Assembly (NCBI GenBank): GCA_031364845.1
Contig: JANLWX010000185.1
Coordinates: forward strand, 1 to 13,294
Length of the DNA: 13,294 nt
Origin: Candidatus Eiseniibacteriota bacterium
Lineage (GTDB): Bacteria > Eisenbacteria > RBG-16-71-46
Direction of reading: 5' to 3'
Part shown: positions 1 through 7,239 of the stretch, piece after piece
How the letters are laid out: the number at the start of each line of letters is the position of its first letter
How positions within the stretch are numbered: the stretch's first letter is position 1
Notes under the pieces: generated by a model
Seen by the model: only the letters and a program-made list of their open reading frames with translations
What the model was told of the DNA's origin: nothing
Databases searched by the model: none
Position numbers and translations under genes: made by a program

Positions 1-363
1 GCCGGCTCCAGGGTCTTCTACCTCGACGAATCCGAGTACCTGGTGATCATTTCAGGCGCCCAATTGACGTACCTCATCGCCGATCGCTGGTCCGCCGATG
101 CGCATGTCCGCCATGATTGGAACCGCCCAGGTCGGGGTCCCGGCGACCGCGAGCAGTGGGGCGTTGGATATGGCGGCAGCGTCGCCTACTACCTCGAAGA
201 CGCATGGCGACTTGGGTTGTCATGGGACGGCGGCAACCGCCACCAGGATGGACGCGACTTGAGCGATCAGCAGTTCTCGCTCGGTGTCATCTATCGGATC
301 TCGGGCTCGCTCGACGTTTCCGGAGTCGTGGACCCGGTACGGATGATGCGCGCGACTCCGTAG
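1..363 (+). CDS. 5'-truncated hypothetical protein, probably the C-terminus of an outer-membrane beta-barrel protein
   Basis: Frame 1 is open from base 1 to TAG at 361-363. The protein has alternating amphipathic strands with aromatic ends (GAQLTYLIADRWSADAHVRH, WGVGYGGSVAYYLEDAWRLGLSW, FSLGVIYRI). An intrinsic terminator follows. Confidence 0.6.
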   Translation, partial: AGSRVFYLDESEYLVIISGAQLTYLIADRWSADAHVRHDWNRPGRGPGDREQWGVGYGGSVAYYLEDAWRLGLSWDGGNRHQDGRDLSDQQFSLGVIYRISGSLDVSGVVDPVRMMRATP

Positions 364-392
364 CTGCCGCATCGCCCGGCGCGCATGCCAGC

Positions 393-434
393 ACGAAGGC
401 CCGGAGCATCGATCGCTCCGGGCCTTCGTTTTTT
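393..434 (+). terminator. Rho-independent terminator between convergent genes
   Basis: Perfect 15-bp stem ACGAAGGCCCGGAGC (393-407) / GCTCCGGGCCTTCGT (415-429) with a 7-nt loop, followed by a T run to 434. Confidence 0.85.
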
Positions 435-486
435 CACCGGCGTGGCCGCGCCCTACTCATCAGGCCCCGCTGCGCATCAGCGAATT

Positions 487-1830
487 TCAAGCGGTCTTCG
501 CGACGCTCAGCTCCACCGCGCGCTTCAAGATTCCGACCGCTTCGTCGATCTCGTCCGTCGTCACATCGAGCGGCGGACGGAAGCGCAGGCTGTGCGTGCC
601 GCACGACAGGATGATCATGCCGAGTTCGTAGGCTTTGTCGGCGACGGTGTTGCGCAGCGTGCCATCGGCGAAGTCGATCGCGCACATGAGTCCGAGACCG
701 CGCGCGTTCGACATCAGCTCGGGCCGCGCGGCTTGCAAGGCTTCCAGCTCTCGCTTCAAGTGCGCCCCCGACTCGGCCGCGCGCTCGACCAGCTTCTCCT
801 CGTGCATGATCTCGAGATAACGGCCGCAGCGCACCATGTCGACCAGGTTCCCGCCCCACGTCGAGTTGATGCGGCTCGACGTGCGGAACACGTTCTCGGG
901 CTCCTCGTCGAGCTTGGGTCCCCCGAGCATGCCGCACACCTGCGTCTTCTTGCCGAACGCGAGCAGATCGGGCTCGACATCCCAGTGCTGGTGCGACCAC
1001 ATCTTCCCGGTGAGTCCCATGCCGGTCTGGACTTCGTCGAAGATCAGGAGCGCATCGTTCTCGTGCGCCACATCGCGCAACGCGCGCAGGTACTCCGTAC
1101 GGAAGTGGTTGTCGCCGCCCTCGGCCTGGATCGGCTCGATCAGGATCGCGGCGATATCGTCGCGACGCGAAAGGAATGCGGCCCGGATCTCGTCGAGCGA
1201 TTCGCGCTCGGCGACCTGCACGCGCTCGATCTCGGCGGCATTCACCGGGAAGCGCAGCTTGGGATTCGACACACGCGGCCAATCGAACTTCGCGAAGTAC
1301 TGATATTTCCGCGGATCGGCGGTGTTGGTCATCGACAGCGTGTAGCCCGAGCGGCCGTGAAAGGCTTCGCGGAAGTGCAGAATCTGATGGCCCTTCTCCA
1401 CCCGCGCGCCTTTGCGGAAATTGCGGCGCACCTTCCAGTCCATTGCCGCCTTGAGCGCGTTCTCCACGCCCAGCGCCCCGCCCGCGACGAAGAACGCGTT
1501 CGGCAGATGCGCGGGCATCGCATGACGTCCGAAGGTGTCGACGAACTCGGCCATCTCGACGGTATAGATGTCGGAGTTCGCGGGATTCACGAGGGCCGCG
1601 CGCTGGAGCTTCGCGAGGAACGACGCGTCCTTCATCATCGGATGATTGAATCCGATCGGCATGGTCGCGAAGAACGAGAACATGTCGAGGTAATGCCGCC
1701 CGCCGCGCGCGTCGTACAGCCGGCGTCCGTGGCTCTTCTCCATGTCGAGGACGATGTCGTAGCCGTCGGCCAGCATGCGCTGGCCGAGGACCTCGTGCAC
1801 CTGTGCCGGTGCGATCTGGTGCTGGGTCAT
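487..1830 (-). CDS. lat: L-lysine 6-aminotransferase (class III PLP-dependent aminotransferase)
   Basis: 447 aa with class III motifs FHGRSGY, EPIQAEGGD, IFDEVQTG and PLP-lysine AFGKK. LAT-typical segments are present: NPANSDIYT, GALGVENALKAAMDWK, SSRINSTWGGNLVDM. The start overlaps the lrp stop (ATGA). Confidence 0.92.
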   Translation of the reverse strand: MTQHQIAPAQVHEVLGQRMLADGYDIVLDMEKSHGRRLYDARGGRHYLDMFSFFATMPIGFNHPMMKDASFLAKLQRAALVNPANSDIYTVEMAEFVDTFGRHAMPAHLPNAFFVAGGALGVENALKAAMDWKVRRNFRKGARVEKGHQILHFREAFHGRSGYTLSMTNTADPRKYQYFAKFDWPRVSNPKLRFPVNAAEIERVQVAERESLDEIRAAFLSRRDDIAAILIEPIQAEGGDNHFRTEYLRALRDVAHENDALLIFDEVQTGMGLTGKMWSHQHWDVEPDLLAFGKKTQVCGMLGGPKLDEEPENVFRTSSRINSTWGGNLVDMVRCGRYLEIMHEEKLVERAAESGAHLKRELEALQAARPELMSNARGLGLMCAIDFADGTLRNTVADKAYELGMIILSCGTHSLRFRPPLDVTTDEIDEAVGILKRAVELSVAKTA

Positions 1831-2324
1831 GTCTCGTTCCCTTCGGTGGCCATGGAGATGTAGGTGTCTTCCTTGATCGTCGACAGCACCATCACGGTGC
1901 GAGTCTGGCGAACGCCGTCGAGCGCGTTGAGCCGGCGCAGCAGCAACTGCTGAAGCGCGCCCATATCGCTCACGCGAACCTTGAGCAGCAGCGAAAATTC
2001 TCCGGTGATGTGATGCGCTTCGAGCACTTCGTCGGTCTTCATGACCTGCTCGATGAACTGCGCCTCGAAGCGCGGGTGCTCGATGAAGACTTCGACGAAC
2101 GCTGTCACCGTCATGCCCGCAGCAGGACCATCGACCACTGCGACGTAACGCTTGATCACGCCTGCGTGCTCGAGCTTCTTCAGCCGCTCGTTTACCGCGG
2201 CCGTCGAGAGCGCCACCCGGCGCGCGATCTCGGACTGGGCGAGATTCGCGTCGCGCTGGATGAGGCTGAGGATCTTGCGGTCCTTGGCGTCCAACTTCTG
2301 GGAAATGTTCGCTGATTCCTTCAT
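1827..2324 (-). CDS. Lrp/AsnC family transcriptional regulator
   Basis: 165 aa. N-terminal HTH (LDAKDRKILSLIQRDA...SEIARRVALSTAAVNERLKKLEHAGVI) and C-terminal RAM domain (EAHHITGEFSLLLKV...GVRQTRT). Translationally coupled to lat. Confidence 0.93.
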   Translation of the reverse strand: MKESANISQKLDAKDRKILSLIQRDANLAQSEIARRVALSTAAVNERLKKLEHAGVIKRYVAVVDGPAAGMTVTAFVEVFIEHPRFEAQFIEQVMKTDEVLEAHHITGEFSLLLKVRVSDMGALQQLLLRRLNALDGVRQTRTVMVLSTIKEDTYISMATEGNET

Positions 2325-2330
2325 GCGACC

Positions 2331-2359
2331 ATGATAATTTCGGCAGATTGGTTTGGCAA
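2331..2359 (-). promoter_or_regulatory. sigma70-type promoter of lrp-lat (leaderless configuration)
   Basis: Minus strand reads TTGCCA (2359-2354), 17 bp, TATCAT (2336-2331), 6 nt, ATG (2324). No Shine-Dalgarno sequence. Confidence 0.75.
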
Positions 2360-2479
2360 CTTTAATTTGTTCGGTTTCCTGAGATTTCGAGGAAGGCCGG
2401 GATCGCGGAAGGGCGAACGATCACTACGCCCCGGGCGCGTCACCGTCCGGCCCATCAGGTGTGCTACTGTGTCCGCCCT

Positions 2480-3109
2480 ATGATCTTCGCCCTCGACCTC
2501 GAGGGGGTTCTCGCCCCCGAAATCTGGCCCATCCTCGGCACTCACTTCGAGTTACCGGAATTGTCCTTCACCACGAGGGACGTCGGTGACTTCGACGAGC
2601 TGATGCATCGCCGGGTGGCGGCCACTCGCTCGCGGAACATCAAGCTGCGTGATTTGCAGGCGGTTTCCCACGGTGTCGAGCCGTACCTGGGGGCGCGCGA
2701 TTTCCTCGCGCGGCTGCGCACCATGGGCCAGGTCGTGATCATCTCCGACACGTTCCACGAGCTGTCCGAGCCGCTGATCGAGAAGCTCGGCGGCCACAGC
2801 CTGTTCGCGAATCAGTTCGAGCTGGATACGAGCGGCCTGCTGCGCGGATTCAAGCTGCGCATCCGCGGACAAAAGGAGCGCATCGTCTCCGGATTCAAGA
2901 GCGCGGGCTTCGTCGTCGCCGCGATGGGCGACAGCCTGAACGACCGCTCACTCCTGCGAAGCTGCGATCATCCGGTGCTCTACCGCCCGGTCGAAGCGTT
3001 GCGCGCAGACTTCCCCGACGCGCCGATGGCGGTGAACCTCGACGAGGCGCTGGTGTTCATGGTCGCCGCGTACGCGCGCGCACTGGAACGGGACGCACCG
3101 AGAGATTAG
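2480..3109 (+). CDS. thrH: Phosphoserine phosphatase / homoserine phosphotransferase (HAD superfamily)
   Basis: The N-terminus MIFALDLEGVLAPEIW carries the ThrH-type DLEG motif; IISDTF and AAMGDSLND are also present. ATG at 2480 is preferred over the ORF-track GTG at 2459. The stop overlaps the convergent gene by 4 bp. Confidence 0.88.
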   Translation: MIFALDLEGVLAPEIWPILGTHFELPELSFTTRDVGDFDELMHRRVAATRSRNIKLRDLQAVSHGVEPYLGARDFLARLRTMGQVVIISDTFHELSEPLIEKLGGHSLFANQFELDTSGLLRGFKLRIRGQKERIVSGFKSAGFVVAAMGDSLNDRSLLRSCDHPVLYRPVEALRADFPDAPMAVNLDEALVFMVAAYARALERDAPRD

Positions 3110-4707
3110 GGCCGTTTGAGCCGCGCGATCCCCTCCCGCGCCCTGACTTCCAGCTTCTCGATCCCCGCCGACCGATGCGGTATCGCCGCGATCGCCGCGA
3201 GCTGCTTTTCGTACGCGCGCACCGCTCCCGCCGTATCTCCCGCCGCGACGCACGCATCGGCGAGGCTGTCGTACACGTTGACCGAGCGCGGGAAGACCGC
3301 CGCGTTCTTCTCGAAGATCGCGATCGCGCCGCGTGCCTGGCCGTGCTTCATCATCGCGTAGCCGAGCCCGTTCAGCTGCTGCTCGGAGAAGTCGTAGTGA
3401 TCGGGACGACTCGCGCGCAGCGAGTCGTAGAGCGCGAACGCTTCGGCCATCGCTCCGCGCATCAGGGGCTCCACCATCGCTTCCGCGATCGCCGGCTTGC
3501 CGGGTGGCGGGGCGGGCGGATCCACGCGCACTCCGGCTTTGATCCGCAAACGCACGGCACGCAGCTTGGCGAAGTCCGTTAGCGGATTCCCATCGAGCAC
3601 CAGAAAGCTCGCCTCCGCCCCGTCCTCGAACGTTCCGATGCGGCGCTGTGGCGCGATCGCGTGAATCGTACCGCGCGTCAGCATGCGCAGGATCGCGGCG
3701 TCGTCGAGCACGCCCAGCGCGCGCACCCGATCCGCTTCGTCGAGCACGGTGAGCGTCGGATGATCGGTACCGAGCGCCAACGCGACTCCGGCGCGTGACA
3801 GCAACTCGAGGTTCACGCGATGGATCGCATCCACCGCCGGCCCTCGTTCCTGCGACTTGTGGCTCACGAGCGTCGTCACGATGGTCACGTGCTTGCTCGC
3901 CGCCTCGCGCGCATCGGCTTCGGTGATCGCTTCGAGTGGCAGGTGGTTGATCTCATCCACTCCGGCCGCGACCGCGGTGCGAAAGTCGGCGGCGGTGGTC
4001 ACGTGACATGAGACGGTGAGCTTCGCCTGGTGCGCGCGCGACACGACGGCGCGCAGCATCGCGGGCGATAGGCCGAAGCGACCGTAAGCGTCTGGATTGC
4101 CCGCGCGCTCAGAATGTTTTTCGGAAGTCTCGAGATAAACCTTGATGAAGTCGGGCTTCGCCGCCATCACGCGCGGCCACTTGCGGGCGAGCATCGCGGC
4201 ATCGTCGATCGGCACGTACGCATCGTCGCGCCACGCGGATTCCCCGCGCGCGGCTTCGTAGAGCTGCGTGGGATGGCCACCGGTCGAGGTCAGCCCACCG
4301 TTCGCGTACCACACGTCGACGGACTGGGCGCGATTCACGCGGCGGCGCACGCCCGCCACCTGCGAGGCGGGGTTGTTCGGATTCTTCGTATACAGAATCC
4401 CCGCCGTGATGAAACGCACGGCATCACGCTCGACTTCACCGCTGTCGCTGAACGCATGGCTGTGCGCATCGGCGTAAGGCGGCACCACGAACGCCCCCGC
4501 GAGATCGATCGTGTCTTCGACCGCACCCGCGTACTGAGTCCGCAGCTTGCCCTCGATGCTGTAGTACGCGCGCGGCACGAAGCGTTCGCCGTCGAACCAC
4601 GATCCGTTGACGAAGAGCAGCGGGTGGGCGACGTCTCCATGCGCGAGGGCCGAAGTGGGCAGCAACAACGTGAACGCTGCGAGGCCCATCCAGGATGCGA
4701 TCCTCAT
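3106..4707 (-). CDS. Secreted metal-dependent amidohydrolase with C-terminal TPR module
   Basis: ATG at 4707 follows SD AAAGGAAG, then signal peptide MRIASWMGLAAFTLLLPTSALA. Amidohydrolase metal motifs PPYADAHSH, FIKVY, SCH, INH and GTD are present, as is the GAEASFLVLDGNP tail. The C-terminus is TPR-like (EQQLNGLGYAMM...NVYDSLADA...AYEK). Confidence 0.85.
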   Translation of the reverse strand: MRIASWMGLAAFTLLLPTSALAHGDVAHPLLFVNGSWFDGERFVPRAYYSIEGKLRTQYAGAVEDTIDLAGAFVVPPYADAHSHAFSDSGEVERDAVRFITAGILYTKNPNNPASQVAGVRRRVNRAQSVDVWYANGGLTSTGGHPTQLYEAARGESAWRDDAYVPIDDAAMLARKWPRVMAAKPDFIKVYLETSEKHSERAGNPDAYGRFGLSPAMLRAVVSRAHQAKLTVSCHVTTAADFRTAVAAGVDEINHLPLEAITEADAREAASKHVTIVTTLVSHKSQERGPAVDAIHRVNLELLSRAGVALALGTDHPTLTVLDEADRVRALGVLDDAAILRMLTRGTIHAIAPQRRIGTFEDGAEASFLVLDGNPLTDFAKLRAVRLRIKAGVRVDPPAPPPGKPAIAEAMVEPLMRGAMAEAFALYDSLRASRPDHYDFSEQQLNGLGYAMMKHGQARGAIAIFEKNAAVFPRSVNVYDSLADACVAAGDTAGAVRAYEKQLAAIAAIPHRSAGIEKLEVRAREGIARLKRP

Positions 4708-4723
4708 TGGAGCTTCCTTTCCA

Positions 4724-4740
4724 GACAGTTGTCTATATTC
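4724..4740. promoter_or_regulatory. Putative BlaI/CopY-type operator upstream of the amidohydrolase
   Basis: Dyad AGACA-GT-TGTCT at 4723-4734. The reverse complement GAATATAGACAACTGTC matches 6218-6234 at 15/17 positions. Confidence 0.7.
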
Positions 4741-4779
4741 AGATCGTGACTTGCGGCCCGCGCACACGGCGCGGGGCAC

Positions 4780-5769
4780 TCAGTGTGAATGTGCGTGATG
4801 GTGCGGATGATGGGCCGGCGAGTGGCGAGCACTCCCGCCGGTGACGTATGAACCGAACACGGCACTCGCCAGCGTCACGGCCAGTGCCAGCATCACCCAC
4901 TGGGCCGGTGTCACGCCGCCTGCATGGCGGGTCGCCGGATTCATGAGCCGGCGGATGCGGCGTTCGAGCAGGCGGCCGTTGAAGCCGAGCGGTTCGAGCG
5001 CGAGTGCGGGCATCGGCGCCACGGCGCGCCCGGCGGTTTCGAGCAGCAGGCGGCAATAGCGCTCGGGCTCGGGGGCCGCGAGCATCGCGAGATCGTCGCA
5101 CGCGTCCTCCTGCGCCGAACGCATGCGGGCGACGAGCACGCGGAAGACGGGATTCCACCACCACACCACCGAAAGCCACGACGCCAGCTCGACCCATCGC
5201 AGATCGCCGCGCTTCACGTGCGCCATTTCGTGCAGCAGCACGAGCTGCCGTGCGCGATCGTCGAGCGCGAGCCAGCCGCGATCGACGATCACGGTCGAAT
5301 GCCGCAGCCCGATCACGAGCGGTGCTTCGATGTCGTCCGACATCCGCACCCGCGGCGTTGCGATGCCGAGCGCCTGCGCGGCGCGCTGCGCCTCCTCGAG
5401 CAGAAGCTCGGGCGATTCATCGGAGTGAACGAGACGCTGCGACCACGACCGGCGCGCGCGCACCAGTCGCACACCCTGGAACGCGGCGCCCGCGAGCCAC
5501 GCCAAGAGCAGCGCGATCGCCACCACACCGGTTCCCTCCGCCGCGGGCGTGCTCATCGCCGGTAGCCACGGAACCCGAACCGGAATCGGACTCGGAAGCG
5601 CCGGCAGCGCGAACCGCACGAGACCGATCACGAGCACCCACGCGGCCCACGGCGCCGAGACGCGGCGCGCGGCGATCGACACCACGATCAATGCGAGACC
5701 GAAGCACGCGGACTGGACCGCGCTCTGCAGAACACCGGCGAACGCCGCCTGGATCGCGCCGTCGATCAC
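4780..5769 (-). CDS. BlaR1/MecR1-like M56 family metallopeptidase lacking the penicillin-binding sensor domain, with a His-rich C-tail
   Basis: N-terminal TM helices, APLVIG, zinc motif LLHEMAHVKRGD, WWWNP, EDACD, LERRIRRLM, a final TM helix, then RHSPAHHPHHHAHSH. The GTG start overlaps the repressor stop (GTGA). Confidence 0.88.
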   Translation of the reverse strand: MIDGAIQAAFAGVLQSAVQSACFGLALIVVSIAARRVSAPWAAWVLVIGLVRFALPALPSPIPVRVPWLPAMSTPAAEGTGVVAIALLLAWLAGAAFQGVRLVRARRSWSQRLVHSDESPELLLEEAQRAAQALGIATPRVRMSDDIEAPLVIGLRHSTVIVDRGWLALDDRARQLVLLHEMAHVKRGDLRWVELASWLSVVWWWNPVFRVLVARMRSAQEDACDDLAMLAAPEPERYCRLLLETAGRAVAPMPALALEPLGFNGRLLERRIRRLMNPATRHAGGVTPAQWVMLALAVTLASAVFGSYVTGGSARHSPAHHPHHHAHSH

Positions 5770-6209
5770 GACCGCCCCTTGCGCGCGGTCGCGCGGCGGG
5801 CCTGCAGATCCGAAAGCAGTCCCTGCAGCCGGTCGATCTCCGCCGACGTCGGCGGTTTCGCTTCGAGCAGCGACGCGACGAACGCCATGCGATCCTCGCC
5901 GAACAGTCGCGCGACCACGCGGTCGAACACGCCGCGCAGTGCGCCCTCGGCGCGCGCGCTGGGCCGGTAGATGAAGGCCTTGCCGACCGGTGCGCGGCGC
6001 CGGGTCACGAGGCCTTTGGCTTCGAGCCGCGTGAGCAGCGTCGCCACGGATCCGTGAGCCATCGGCCGGTGCGAGGCGAGCGAAGCGCCGATCTCGGCAG
6101 CGGTCGCCTCACCCGCGGTGCGCAGGTGGGTCAGAACATCGAGTTCCGCCGCGGGAAGACGCGGGGCGCGGGCTTCGTTCGGGCGGCGTGGGGCGCGTGC
6201 GGGTGGCAT
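5766..6209 (-). CDS. BlaI/MecI/CopY family transcriptional repressor
   Basis: Winged-helix signature LPAAELDVLTHL...ATAAEI...SVATLLTRLEAKGLVTR...GKAFIYRP and dimerisation region VVARLFGEDRMAFVASLL...EIDRL. ATG at 6209 (147 aa) is chosen because the longer ORF start overlaps the HAD gene. Confidence 0.9.
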   Translation of the reverse strand: MPPARAPRRPNEARAPRLPAAELDVLTHLRTAGEATAAEIGASLASHRPMAHGSVATLLTRLEAKGLVTRRRAPVGKAFIYRPSARAEGALRGVFDRVVARLFGEDRMAFVASLLEAKPPTSAEIDRLQGLLSDLQARRATARKGRS

Positions 6210-6216
6210 GACGGAG

Positions 6217-6245
6217 AGAATATAGACAGATGTCGTGATGTCCAA
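6217..6245 (-). promoter_or_regulatory. Promoter of the blaI-like operon with embedded operator GACA-NN-TGTC
   Basis: Minus strand reads TTGGAC (6245-6240), 17 bp, TATTCT (6222-6217), 7 nt, ATG. The dyad GACAGATGTC (6225-6234) lies in the spacer. Confidence 0.7.
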
Positions 6246-6333
6246 AGCCGACGCACGAACGCGGCGCGTTACGCGCCAAGCGCAGAAGTCTTGGGTCAGC
6301 GAGTCAGGTCGGCACCTCCTGGGGCGCTCGTCC

Positions 6334-7089
6334 TCACTCCCCCGCGGCCACTCCTCGCGCCCAATCGAGTATCTCGTCGAAGTCAGAGAGATCGTGCAAC
6401 GCCAGATCCGGCTCATGCGCCGCGAGCACCTCGCGTGGCACCGCCCCCGTGGCCACCGCGACCACGCGCGCACCCGCAGCACGCGCACACGCGATGTCGT
6501 GCTCGGTGTCGCCGACCACGATGCAGCGCGAAGGCGGCACGCCGTACGCCGCGCGCACGCGCTCGACCGCTACGCACGCGAGCGCGTTGCGATCCGGCGC
6601 TTCCTGCCCGAACGCGCCGAACGCGAAGCGGTGATCGATCTGGAAGTGCGCGAGTTTGATCAGCGCCATGCGCGTCATGTTGCCGGTCAATAGACCGCTC
6701 ACCCACTGCGGTTCGTCCTCGATCGCGTCGAGGATCGCGGGCACGCCCGGCATGAGCAGCCCGCGACCAGGGCGCAGCAACCCACCCATGTGCGCGAACA
6801 CGGCATCCCAGAATCGCGCTTCGTCGCCGTCGTCGAAGCGACGCCCGATCCGCGCCAGAATGTCGGCGAGGATCAGCGGCTCCGTGCGCCCGGCGAACGC
6901 AATGCCGGCAAGATCGTCGTCCACGCCGAGCCGTTCGCGCAGTGCGCCCGAGAACGCCTCGCGCGAGGCACCCTGGGTGAGCAGCAGCGTTCCGTCGATA
7001 TCGAACAGCCATGCGAGGCGGGGTGTGACGCCGGTGGCGACGGGACGCGGTGTCGGCCAGAGCGGCGGATGAAGCGGCGGGGATGTCAG
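6334..7089 (-). CDS. HAD-superfamily hydrolase (phosphoglycolate-phosphatase-like); start uncertain
   Basis: Motif I LFDIDGTL, motif II LLTGN, motif IV VVGDTEHD. The start is either CTG at 7089 (GGAGG 6 nt upstream) or ATG at 7149. Confidence 0.85.
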   Translation of the reverse strand: MTSPPLHPPLWPTPRPVATGVTPRLAWLFDIDGTLLLTQGASREAFSGALRERLGVDDDLAGIAFAGRTEPLILADILARIGRRFDDGDEARFWDAVFAHMGGLLRPGRGLLMPGVPAILDAIEDEPQWVSGLLTGNMTRMALIKLAHFQIDHRFAFGAFGQEAPDRNALACVAVERVRAAYGVPPSRCIVVGDTEHDIACARAAGARVVAVATGAVPREVLAAHEPDLALHDLSDFDEILDWARGVAAGE

Positions 7090-7138
7090 CGGGAGCCTCC
7101 GGAATCTGACGAAGCGCGCACATGTCGCGGGAAGCGGC

Positions 7139-7150
7139 CATGCTAGCATG
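7139..7150. promoter_or_regulatory. Palindromic extended -10 element (TGcTAGCAT on both strands), candidate bidirectional promoter
   Basis: Perfect 12-bp palindrome CATGCTAGCATG between divergent genes; matches TGnTAnnnT in both directions. Confidence 0.5.
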
Positions 7151-7239
7151 AGCCCATGTGCGCTGCGGGCTGCGCTGCCGCCGATTCCGCCACGGCCATA
7201 GGGACGGCCCACCGAAACCTGATCATGACCGAGGAACCG

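Noticed and set aside
385..1863. 492-aa + strand ORF antisense to lat
   Set aside because: Shadow ORF of a high-GC gene; it has no recognisable motifs and starts across the terminator.
6210..6488. N-terminal extension of the BlaI-like ORF
   Set aside because: It overlaps the HAD gene and runs through the promoter/operator; the family fold starts after ATG 6209.
5004..6659. 551-aa + strand Arg/Ala/Pro-rich ORF
   Set aside because: Low-complexity off-frame translation antisense to three well-supported genes.
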